Shown in pieces: positions 8,827 to 16,730 of a DNA stretch of 35,777 nt (its first letter is position 1; every line of letters begins with the position of its first letter). Position numbers and translations under genes: made by a program. Location: IMG/VR virus record IMGVR_UViG_3300044612_002689. The stretch is one strand, 5' to 3'. This DNA is from an uncultured virus (IMG/VR IMGVR_UViG_3300044612_002689) (lineage: Duplodnaviria > Heunggongvirae > Uroviricota > Caudoviricetes). The notes beneath the pieces are model-generated. The model was not told the DNA's origin and did no database searches. It saw only the letters and a list, made by a program, of their open reading frames with translations.

Positions 8827-9456
8827 ATGAAAATAGAATTAGATGACCTTGTCAAAGATCTTGAACTTGATCTCACAAATCCAAAAGATGTTTTAGATCA
8901 GATTATTGACCAAATTAACAAAAAATTAGACCTGATCCCGTCTTATACTGAGGATGAAGAAGATGAAACTCAATCTGTCACCGTTGGTTCGGTGGATATG
9001 AGTGATGATGAGGTCTATAAAAAAATATTACAGGGTATTGGAGCACCAATTACCGACGAAAATATGAAATTCTTCTATGCCTGGAGACAATCAGAAGGGG
9101 CACATGCAAGATATAACCCATTCAATACAACTCAACCAAAGGATGGATCAAGTTTTTATAATTGTTTAAAAAGAAAAAATGGAAAATGTAGTGGGGGAGT
9201 AAGAAATTATCCCAGTTTACAAGTGGGAATTGATGCAACCATAAAAACTTTATTAAACGGTCATTATGATTGTATAGTTGACCAACTTAGAAACAACGAA
9301 TCGTGTACAAAAAATTGTACGGCAAGATATATTGCCAGACATTGTCGAAAAGACCTTAAAACTTGGGGTACTGGGGACCTTGTAGGTAAGGTTTTGGATG
9401 GAAAAACCTTGAATCCTCCAGAAATAGAAACAGATTTAGTTAAAACAGTCACTTAG
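8827..9456 (+). CDS. Putative lysozyme-superfamily peptidoglycan hydrolase
   Basis: AWRQSEG...YNPFNT...GVRNYPS...GIDATIKTLLNGHY pattern with a candidate catalytic Glu. TATTTAT at 8814-8820. Confidence 0.5.
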   Translation: MKIELDDLVKDLELDLTNPKDVLDQIIDQINKKLDLIPSYTEDEEDETQSVTVGSVDMSDDEVYKKILQGIGAPITDENMKFFYAWRQSEGAHARYNPFNTTQPKDGSSFYNCLKRKNGKCSGGVRNYPSLQVGIDATIKTLLNGHYDCIVDQLRNNESCTKNCTARYIARHCRKDLKTWGTGDLVGKVLDGKTLNPPEIETDLVKTVT

Positions 9457-9729
9457 TAATTTAACCGATGAAGAAATGACTATTTTTTCTTGTTTTCCAT
9501 AAGCGGACCATGCTAATCTAATCAATTCTTCTAAACCATCCGGGTAAAGTTCTAAATTTTGATCCAAATTTTCAATATACAGAGTAACATGGACCATAAA
9601 ACACTTTTTTTGACTTAAAAACTGTATTAAAGTCACTTTTACTTGCGATTTTTCACCAAAAAGATTGTTTTTGTAAGTTTTTAGACCATAATTTATAAGA
9701 AATTCTATAATTTCCGTGTTTTTTTTCAT
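9436..9729 (-). CDS. Hypothetical protein
   Basis: 97-aa ORF filling the gap, convergent with 8827..9456. Confidence 0.6.
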   Translation of the reverse strand: MKKNTEIIEFLINYGLKTYKNNLFGEKSQVKVTLIQFLSQKKCFMVHVTLYIENLDQNLELYPDGLEELIRLAWSAYGKQEKIVISSSVKLLSDCFN

Positions 9730-9784
9730 TTACAATTGATTATACTTCAAAATATAAGTATATTTCTAAAAAAAACCATTAATT

Positions 9785-10039
9785 ATGATTTATTTACAAG
9801 TAATTTTGACAATTTTTAGTATTTTATTACTAACTACCATCATTTTGGGTGTAATTTGGTGGAAAAAATACGGAAAAACGTTATTTTCTTTAATAAAACC
9901 AGAAAATTTGATGAAAAATACAACATTTCCAAACTTTATTGATCAAAATCCAATGGAAATGATGAAAAATTTGGATAAAATGATGAAAAATATAGACCCA
10001 AACAACTTTTATAGGTCTAATAATAACAAAAAAAGGTGA
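9785..10039 (+). CDS. Single-pass membrane protein
   Basis: N-terminal hydrophobic helix followed by WWKK. Confidence 0.65.
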   Translation: MIYLQVILTIFSILLLTTIILGVIWWKKYGKTLFSLIKPENLMKNTTFPNFIDQNPMEMMKNLDKMMKNIDPNNFYRSNNNKKR

Positions 10040-10213
10040 TTAATTTCGTTTTTTTGGGGTTTTTTTGGTTATTTCCTGGGTTTTTTTGGGGTATTTGATC
10101 TCTACCTCTATAGGATGAAGAACGGACCTGGAAGTGTCATATTTCCAAATTACAGTACAGTCTTCAAAAACAAATGTTCTTTCGAACTTTTTAGTTTCAA
10201 TTTTTGATTTCAT
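10040..10213 (-). CDS. Small hypothetical protein (57 aa), not in ORF track
   Basis: Hand translation: MKSKIETKKFERTFVFEDCTVIWKYDTSRSVLHPIEVEIKYPKKTQEITKKTPKKRN*. TATCTTTG (-7 box) at 10225-10218, 4 nt before ATG. Confidence 0.65.
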   Translation of the reverse strand: MKSKIETKKFERTFVFEDCTVIWKYDTSRSVLHPIEVEIKYPKKTQEITKKTPKKRN

Positions 10214-10234
10214 ATCACAAAGATAATGAAAAAA

Positions 10235-10468
10235 TTATATATTTTCTTCTTCTTTGAAAAAATTTGTTAGGAATTTACCGATTACACCCAGTATTATTGA
10301 AGATACAATCATGATTTTGATTTCCGAGGGTGTGAATATTTCTTTAAGATTGTCAAATTGCCATAATCCACCTATTGCTAGTACTGAAGATACTGCCAAA
10401 AACGTATCCCCCCATTTTCTCCATTTTTTGGGGGTGGGTTTCCAGTAATTTCTCATCATTCGTTTCAT
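10235..10468 (-). CDS. Two-TM membrane protein, holin-like
   Basis: Start moved to ATG 10468 (MKRMMRNYWKPTPKKWRKWGD). Two hydrophobic helices and a basic N-terminus. Confidence 0.6.
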   Translation of the reverse strand: MKRMMRNYWKPTPKKWRKWGDTFLAVSSVLAIGGLWQFDNLKEIFTPSEIKIMIVSSIILGVIGKFLTNFFKEEENI

Positions 10469-10469
10469 A

Positions 10470-10598
10470 TTATCTTCCTTGACCTCTATATCTTTTTGGT
10501 CTTTCTTCTTTAGGACCAAATCTTTTTTTTAATTTTCCAGATTTCTTCTTACCAAAAGTAACTTTGACTGAAGAAGTTGTATTTGTTTTTTTTGCCAT
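10470..10598 (-). CDS. Small basic protein ending YRGQGR (42 aa), not in ORF track
   Basis: Hand translation: MAKKTNTTSSVKVTFGKKKSGKLKKRFGPKEERPKRYRGQGR*. Packs with 1-nt gaps between its neighbours. Confidence 0.8.
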   Translation of the reverse strand: MAKKTNTTSSVKVTFGKKKSGKLKKRFGPKEERPKRYRGQGR

Positions 10599-10599
10599 T

Positions 10600-11139
10600 T
10601 TAGATACCTTTAATTAGATTAATGCATTGTTTAAGATATTCCTTTGCTCTTGCTGATGGTGTTAGATCGTCATCTTTAGATTGTAAATCAAGTACTTTTT
10701 CTATATCTTTGACTAACTCAGTGCCATGTTCATTTTCTTTATAAAGTTGTACAATTTTTTCCATTGCCGGTAAACATTGACCGTTTGTCTCATCAAAATA
10801 ATTTTTATTTCTGAATTTATTCAAATGATTCATCATCTCGTATGCCAGGTGAGTTCCACCATCTTTAATACTTTTATTAAGTCTAATATTATTCAATAAT
10901 CCTAATGAATCAACAAGATGACCAATTCCTCCACGTCTTTTTTGTATTCCAGGACCGTAAGTTATAAAATCATCACTTAATCCAGCAATTTCATCTAGAG
11001 GAAGTACATTTTCAGGAATACACCTTGCATTTGGTTTTTTCTTATCTTTTTTTGGTGATGATCCCACACTTTGATCTTCTAATATGGTTTGTTTGATCAA
11101 ACTAATTAATTCATTTTCCGTCAATCTAATTTTTTTCAT
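10600..11139 (-). CDS. Hypothetical protein with MKKIRLTENEL tag
   Basis: Tag ends TILE|D. Minus-strand TATTTAT at 11155-11161. Confidence 0.75.
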   Translation of the reverse strand: MKKIRLTENELISLIKQTILEDQSVGSSPKKDKKKPNARCIPENVLPLDEIAGLSDDFITYGPGIQKRRGGIGHLVDSLGLLNNIRLNKSIKDGGTHLAYEMMNHLNKFRNKNYFDETNGQCLPAMEKIVQLYKENEHGTELVKDIEKVLDLQSKDDDLTPSARAKEYLKQCINLIKGI

Positions 11140-11208
11140 AAAAAAACTTTTTATATAAATATATTCAATTTAAATTATTGTGTATTTATTGGTATAAATA
11201 TAAGTTGT

Positions 11209-11790
11209 ATGATAAATGAAATAATCAAAAAAAATCTTAGTCAAACTTTCAATAGTCCAATGGAATTAATAAATACTGTTCATATTTCTGAAAATTTACG
11301 GTATCATTTAATTAATAAAATTCCACTTAGTGAAAACATTTTTGATTTATATTCAGAAGAATATTTGGAATTAATTAGAGAAGTAAGAAAACTTTATTAT
11401 AATCAGTTCATTTTCTTGAATGAGAACGATAGAGATTTAGTTGAAACGGACTTGGGTAAATTTATTATTTCGGAATCCGGTCAAAAAATTTGGTTAGATG
11501 TTCCCTATGAGGATGATAGTTACTTGTTTGAGGCGGAATACCAAGGAAGAAAAGTACAACTTGGGAAGATAATGCAAGGAGATATCAAAAAATTTAAAGT
11601 TTATGTTAAAAACGACAAAGGAAAAGTAGTAAAGGTGAACTTTGGTTTTGGTGGTAAATCGGCAAAGGGTAAAAGAATGGTAATTAAAAAAAATAACCCC
11701 GAAAGAAGAAGATCTTTCAGGGCTAGACATAATTGTGATAATCCAGGACCAAGATGGAAACCCAGGTATTGGGCTTGCAAGACTTGGTAA
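11209..11790 (+). CDS. Conserved phage protein with basic C-terminal KKFKVYV...SFRARHNC...YWAC domain
   Basis: C-domain of a type recalled from large T4-like phages, starting after YLFE|AEYQG. TATTTAT at 11183-11189. Confidence 0.7.
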   Translation: MINEIIKKNLSQTFNSPMELINTVHISENLRYHLINKIPLSENIFDLYSEEYLELIREVRKLYYNQFIFLNENDRDLVETDLGKFIISESGQKIWLDVPYEDDSYLFEAEYQGRKVQLGKIMQGDIKKFKVYVKNDKGKVVKVNFGFGGKSAKGKRMVIKKNNPERRRSFRARHNCDNPGPRWKPRYWACKTW

Positions 11791-11792
11791 CT

Positions 11793-12764
11793 CTACTGAT
11801 TACTTTTTACCACGAAATTTACGTTATTTAAACAATCAATAGTATTAGGATATCCACCAGCATATGAGATGGCACTTTGTATTGATTCCTCAATTTCCGT
11901 AAGTTTGGTGAAGATAGAAACATCCTTATAATCAACTAGTTTTTTAACACCTTCAATTCGATTAGTTTTTCCTGATTGAGATGAGGAAGCACTCCCCCAA
12001 AATTCTTTGTGCCAACTACCAGTTACAAGATTTTTAACTTTTTGACCTGGGGATTCTTGATAACCAGATAACATACCACCAACCATTACCATAGTGGCAC
12101 CCAAAACTAAACTTTTTACAATATCACAATTTTGTTTGATTGATCCATCTGCAATGATTGGGACTTTTGCAACCGAAGAACATTCAAGAATCATATTTGC
12201 TTGCCATCCTCGATTACCAAATCCAGTAGAATGGTATGTTGTACAAGCAGAACCTCCACCGATACCACATTTTATTGCGTCACAACCCCAATTTTGAAGA
12301 TCTATGACTGATTGTGGTGTACAAACATTACCACCTATTACAAATGTGTCTGGCATTCTATTTTTAATATAGTGAACCATTTTTTTCATTTTTATACAAT
12401 GACCATGAGCAATGTCAATTGTTATAAAATTGGGAATGTAGTTTTTTGAAACTAAAGAATCAATAAGTTCATATGAGTCATCATTTACACCTAGGGAAAT
12501 GGATAACATTAGATCTAGATCTGTTATTTTTTTACAAAAATCGACCATATCCACATCAAATCTATGCATAATATAAAAGTAACCATTTTCAGCCAATTTA
12601 ATTGCCAGACTTTCATCAATCACACTTTGCATATTTGCGGGAACTATTGGTAAATTAAATTTAAAACCTCCAAAATGACAACTTGCATCACAGTCCGAAC
12701 GAGATTCAATAATACTGTAAGAAGGAATTAAAGTGATTTCATCAAAGTCAAATTTTGTTTTCAT
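11793..12764 (-). CDS. guaC: GMP reductase (type 2)
   Basis: FDFDEITLIP...SRSDCD...LPIVPANMQ, YFYIMHRF, IDIAHGH, GIGGGSACTT (catalytic Cys), IIADG, WGSAS. No CBS domains. Confidence 0.9.
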   Translation of the reverse strand: MKTKFDFDEITLIPSYSIIESRSDCDASCHFGGFKFNLPIVPANMQSVIDESLAIKLAENGYFYIMHRFDVDMVDFCKKITDLDLMLSISLGVNDDSYELIDSLVSKNYIPNFITIDIAHGHCIKMKKMVHYIKNRMPDTFVIGGNVCTPQSVIDLQNWGCDAIKCGIGGGSACTTYHSTGFGNRGWQANMILECSSVAKVPIIADGSIKQNCDIVKSLVLGATMVMVGGMLSGYQESPGQKVKNLVTGSWHKEFWGSASSSQSGKTNRIEGVKKLVDYKDVSIFTKLTEIEESIQSAISYAGGYPNTIDCLNNVNFVVKSNQ

Positions 12765-12832
12765 ATTTTAATTAATTTTGGTAATGATAAAAAGATAAAA
12801 AAAATTAATTTTTAAATCAAATATTTATTACT

Positions 12833-13456
12833 ATGAGTTACAAAAAAATATTAAATGAATCAACTAGAATTTTTGATTTTGTCGAATCTATTGTTAGGGA
12901 CATAATCAAAATATTCAAAACGGTGGATGAGGGAGAATTTTATCTCCCTGAACATTTTGATCCGGATAAACTGGTTTATACTCTTTCTGAATTGTCGGAA
13001 AGTCTTACTGTTGAATTAATCATTGAAATTGATGATGAAATAGATGAATTTATTGTCAATTCAGACTATTATCGAGATGATGATGTAATTGTTGTGTTAA
13101 TAAAATATAATTCTAAAGAAAAATCAAATATTACTTTTAGTATAATGAATGAACTTCGGGAGGTGATTGCACATGAAATAAGACACATTCATCAGTCTAA
13201 CAACGATATGTTCAGGTTCAAAAATAAAAAAGAAGAAGACCCATATGAATATTATACCAGACCAGAAGAATTGGATGCTCAAGTTTTTGGTTTTGATCAT
13301 TTGGCAAAAATAACTAACAAGTCATTTGAGGAGGTGATGAAAAATTGGTTTAAAACTCACCAAGAAATACATTTAATGAATAATGAAGAAGTTCAAAAAG
13401 TTATGAAAAAATTAATCGATTATAAATTTTATCAAGGAAGATATAAAAAAGATTAA
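12833..13456 (+). CDS. HEXXH zinc metallopeptidase-like protein
   Basis: AHEIRHIHQ...YYTRPEELDA. N-terminal ILNE|S. TATTTAT at 12822-12828. Confidence 0.65.
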   Translation: MSYKKILNESTRIFDFVESIVRDIIKIFKTVDEGEFYLPEHFDPDKLVYTLSELSESLTVELIIEIDDEIDEFIVNSDYYRDDDVIVVLIKYNSKEKSNITFSIMNELREVIAHEIRHIHQSNNDMFRFKNKKEEDPYEYYTRPEELDAQVFGFDHLAKITNKSFEEVMKNWFKTHQEIHLMNNEEVQKVMKKLIDYKFYQGRYKKD

Positions 13457-14043
13457 TTTGAAAATTTATTGATTATTTCATCAACAATAACTCCAAGTTC
13501 TTGGTTTTGATTAGATCCCATAATTTGATCAATATCAATTTTATATTTAGAGTTATTTCCCATAAAATATAAATCCGGTATTACTGGTAACAAAAAAGAG
13601 TAACTTAATGGATCTTTCTTAAAAGTAATATCTAAACTCTTCATGAAGTTTTCAAAAGAATCTTTTAATGAGTTAAATTTTTCTAGACAAGTATCAAAGT
13701 AGTCAACCAGTTTTCTTTTTTTTATTTCTTCCAATAACTTTTTTATAGTTTTTAAATTTTTGGAAAAATAAGGAAGTAACGTGGTTGATATTATAAGACC
13801 AATATCTTCTTTTTTTAAGTTTTTTCCATCCTCATTCAAAAATTCATTTAAAAAATAAGACATTCCTCCAATTGCCATAGATTGGGATTTTAAATCATTT
13901 AAATCAACATCAAATATTTTTTCAGTTTTATTCATATGGGAAATAAATTTATTTCTGGCATTTTTGATTTTGTCAATAATAGTATTGATTTTTTCTTCTA
14001 ATAAAATCGTTTTATATTGTGATTCGGATACGACTAGTTTCAT
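13453..14043 (-). CDS. Hypothetical protein with MKLVVSESQY tag
   Basis: Tag ends ILLE|E. Minus-strand TATTTAT at 14051-14057. Confidence 0.7.
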   Translation of the reverse strand: MKLVVSESQYKTILLEEKINTIIDKIKNARNKFISHMNKTEKIFDVDLNDLKSQSMAIGGMSYFLNEFLNEDGKNLKKEDIGLIISTTLLPYFSKNLKTIKKLLEEIKKRKLVDYFDTCLEKFNSLKDSFENFMKSLDITFKKDPLSYSFLLPVIPDLYFMGNNSKYKIDIDQIMGSNQNQELGVIVDEIINKFSN

Positions 14044-14069
14044 TATTTAAATAAATATTATTATAAACA

Positions 14070-14081
14070 TATTTATAAATA
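14070..14081. promoter_or_regulatory. Palindromic double TATTTAT motif between divergent genes
   Basis: TATTTATAAATA is a perfect palindrome giving TATTTAT on both strands. Confidence 0.5.
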
Positions 14082-14084
14082 ATT

Positions 14085-14930
14085 ATGGGACAAAAACTTA
14101 TATTAAATGCACCGCTATCAGTAGATGATGTTGTAATTTGTAAACAAATGGATGACTTTGTTATTGATAGGAACACCGGAAACAAAGTTTACAATGGAAT
14201 TCCTATGGGAATGCGAGGAAAAGTCGATAAAGTCACTTCCGTTGGGGTTGAAACACATTATGGTGTAGAATGGCAAAATGGGGGTAAATTAAGTCTAATA
14301 GATCTTAAAGTATGTAAAGAATGTGACACCTCTAATAATAGTAAATCAACGGTATGCGAAAATTGTGGTAGTACTGATTTAAAAAATGTTGATGAATGGT
14401 GGAAAGTGGAAAACAACCCGGATCCAAATGTCACAGAAAATTTTAGAATTAAAAAACGTCAAATTACTGAATCGAATGAAAAATTAATTTATAAATTTTT
14501 AGACTTTGCAAATCAATTTGGTAATAAAAAAAATACATTAAATAATTTTTTACAAGTTCTAAAAAATAGTGGTTTTGTGAATATGTTAGGGGCCTCACCA
14601 TTTTTATATATGGGTGAAGATGAATTTAAAAGACAATATCATCATCGTATCAAAGAAATACAAAATATGAAGTGCGAGGATTTGAATACCGATGAAGAAA
14701 TCAAAAGTTGTGAAGATGAAAAAGAAAATTTAGAAATTTTAATTTCTTTAATTGAACCTGTTCGAAATATAATGATTAACTCAGGATACGAAAAAATTTC
14801 AGATAATAAAAGTTATGATGTGGACAAAAATCCTGACGAATTTTATAGTAGACTAAAGTCAATAATTCAGAACAATGCAAAAGAGTATATTAAACTATGG
14901 GCTCAAACATCTATGTTCCGAAAATTTTAA
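14085..14930 (+). CDS. Multidomain protein: DUF4314-like + zinc ribbon + DUF5049-like
   Basis: MDD...PMGMRGKV...VEWQNGGKLSLI, then CKEC...CENC, then LKNSGFVNMLGA. Confidence 0.55.
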   Translation: MGQKLILNAPLSVDDVVICKQMDDFVIDRNTGNKVYNGIPMGMRGKVDKVTSVGVETHYGVEWQNGGKLSLIDLKVCKECDTSNNSKSTVCENCGSTDLKNVDEWWKVENNPDPNVTENFRIKKRQITESNEKLIYKFLDFANQFGNKKNTLNNFLQVLKNSGFVNMLGASPFLYMGEDEFKRQYHHRIKEIQNMKCEDLNTDEEIKSCEDEKENLEILISLIEPVRNIMINSGYEKISDNKSYDVDKNPDEFYSRLKSIIQNNAKEYIKLWAQTSMFRKF

Positions 14931-14961
14931 TTAATAAGGTTATATTTATAAAATAAAAATT

Positions 14962-15588
14962 ATGGGACAATATTTCTTCAAAGTTAGTAAGGCAGAAAAA
15001 AATGACATTTTAGATCAACATAAAAAAATTTATGATGGATATGTTACTTTATATGGTCAAAATAATCAACAACCTTTAATGGTTCAGGATTTTGCAAATG
15101 ATAAAAATGGAATTACAGTATCAAATAAAGGAAACGTGATGTCTTATCAAAACATGAATATCAATGAGTCGCACACCATGAAAGATAAAATTGCAGACGG
15201 ACCAAATGACTTAAAAAATGGTACAGTAGATGTTGATAGTGTTTTTGATTATGAGGAACAAAACTTTGATTTTTTACACGATTTATATCCTTCACCAAAT
15301 GAAAACGAATTTGATATTGTGTCTTTGGGTGTTTCTCCTGAAGGAGAATGTTTAGAGTGTGAATCTAATACTCCAATGATGGAAACAGAAGACACGGGAA
15401 TCAATTTACGTGACTTCGACTTCGGTGATTATAATATACCCAGTGGAGATGATATTTTTTCTTATGAGATGAAAGAAATTGAAAATGGAATCAAATCTGA
15501 TATGACTGATCCAGATGATTATGAAAAATTAGAAGAGAGTTTGAACAGAACTAAAGAAATGTTCAACAAATTTAAGTCGTATAACTAA
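14962..15588 (+). CDS. Acidic hypothetical protein with tags at both ends
   Basis: FFKVSKAEKNDILDQH at the N-terminus, LEESLNRTKEMFNKF at the C-terminus. TATTTAT at 14943-14949. Confidence 0.7.
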   Translation: MGQYFFKVSKAEKNDILDQHKKIYDGYVTLYGQNNQQPLMVQDFANDKNGITVSNKGNVMSYQNMNINESHTMKDKIADGPNDLKNGTVDVDSVFDYEEQNFDFLHDLYPSPNENEFDIVSLGVSPEGECLECESNTPMMETEDTGINLRDFDFGDYNIPSGDDIFSYEMKEIENGIKSDMTDPDDYEKLEESLNRTKEMFNKFKSYN

Positions 15589-15589
15589 A

Positions 15590-15901
15590 ATGGAAGTTGT
15601 TGAAATTATTTCTTATTACATTTATGAAGAGACAAAGTCTATTGAGGTTTCTTTTAGGTTGTCTTATGATGCTGAAGATGAAGTAAGAAGTGATGTTTTG
15701 AGTATCGAAGAAGCAAAAGGAATGGGATTTGATTTGATACAGGATGATGTGGATTTTTTGGTTAACGAAGAAGAGGATGACTACTCATTTGTCGAGGACT
15801 TCTTTGATATCGAAACCCTCGACGAAGACGTATTAATTACCTACCTTAATGAGTACTATATTGTAAATCCCGATAGATTACCAAATTCGGAGTTATTCTA
15901 A
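15590..15901 (+). CDS. Very acidic small protein
   Basis: 31 D/E versus 5 K/R in 103 aa (hand count). Confidence 0.7.
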   Translation: MEVVEIISYYIYEETKSIEVSFRLSYDAEDEVRSDVLSIEEAKGMGFDLIQDDVDFLVNEEEDDYSFVEDFFDIETLDEDVLITYLNEYYIVNPDRLPNSELF

Positions 15902-16404
15902 GGACCAACTCTAGTCATATGTAATGTAAATGATTCATTTGAACCAGAATTTCCATTAACCCATTGACCCGAAGTTCTAATAGTTAAAGATTCAACACCA
16001 TCATCAATAATTTTCCAATACCTTCTTGTACCATCACAATTAAAATTGATGTAACCTAGATCATAAGAACTATATTGTCCACTTACATGATATGGGTATT
16101 GTACCGACCAATAAGAAGAACCGGAACCAGTAGGTATTGGTTGAAATCTAATCATGGAATAATCTAAATGCATTTTGAAAAAGCCAACATCAATTGAATC
16201 TAGAACATCAATTTCAGCAGGATTGATACACCAGTCTCCAGGTAAATAAACTACTTGAGATGGGTTTCCTGAGTTGTCAATTTCCTCATATGTTATTTTA
16301 TCTACCCTATATTCTCCACTGAGGGACAATAATTTTGGTTGACCATATTTAATACAAGAAGAAAATAATAAAAAGGGAGAAATTAAGATAAATAAATTTT
16401 TCAT
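15898..16404 (-). CDS. Lipoprotein, probable lipocalin-like beta-barrel
   Basis: Start moved to ATG 16404. Lipobox LLFSSC and LSGEYRV after the linker. TACATTTG (-7 box) at 16431-16424. Confidence 0.7.
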   Translation of the reverse strand: MKNLFILISPFLLFSSCIKYGQPKLLSLSGEYRVDKITYEEIDNSGNPSQVVYLPGDWCINPAEIDVLDSIDVGFFKMHLDYSMIRFQPIPTGSGSSYWSVQYPYHVSGQYSSYDLGYINFNCDGTRRYWKIIDDGVESLTIRTSGQWVNGNSGSNESFTLHMTRVGP

Positions 16405-16493
16405 AAAAAATAGTTTTAAACCACAAATGTAAATCAATTTTTTTAAAAAAAAAACTTTTTGGAATTTATTTACAAAAAAAGATATTTATTGTT

Positions 16494-16730
16494 ATGTTGT
16501 TTGATGACGTAATTAATATTTTGAATAAATATTCAAATGAGGATATTGAAAGTGAATTAGGTGAACAGGATGCACCTAGTGAACCAAGTGGGGGGTCGGC
16601 ACAGGGGTATCCCACTGTTACAAAATGGGAAACCGGTCTAACGAGGGGAGTTGCAAATACAATTGACGATAAAGTAACTTGGTCATCACTTTATAAAATT
16701 ACTAGAGGAAAAGCGAACACTTTACTATAA
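16494..16730 (+). CDS. Small protein with duplicated W..(x)TRGxANT motif
   Basis: KWETGLTRGVANTI and TWSSLYKITRGKANTL. TATTTAT at 16483-16489. Confidence 0.7.
   Translation: MLFDDVINILNKYSNEDIESELGEQDAPSEPSGGSAQGYPTVTKWETGLTRGVANTIDDKVTWSSLYKITRGKANTLL

Noticed and set aside
11793..12764. IMP dehydrogenase (guaB)
   Set aside because: The length, lack of CBS domains and the PANMQ/YFYIMHRF N-terminal motifs fit type-2 GMP reductase.
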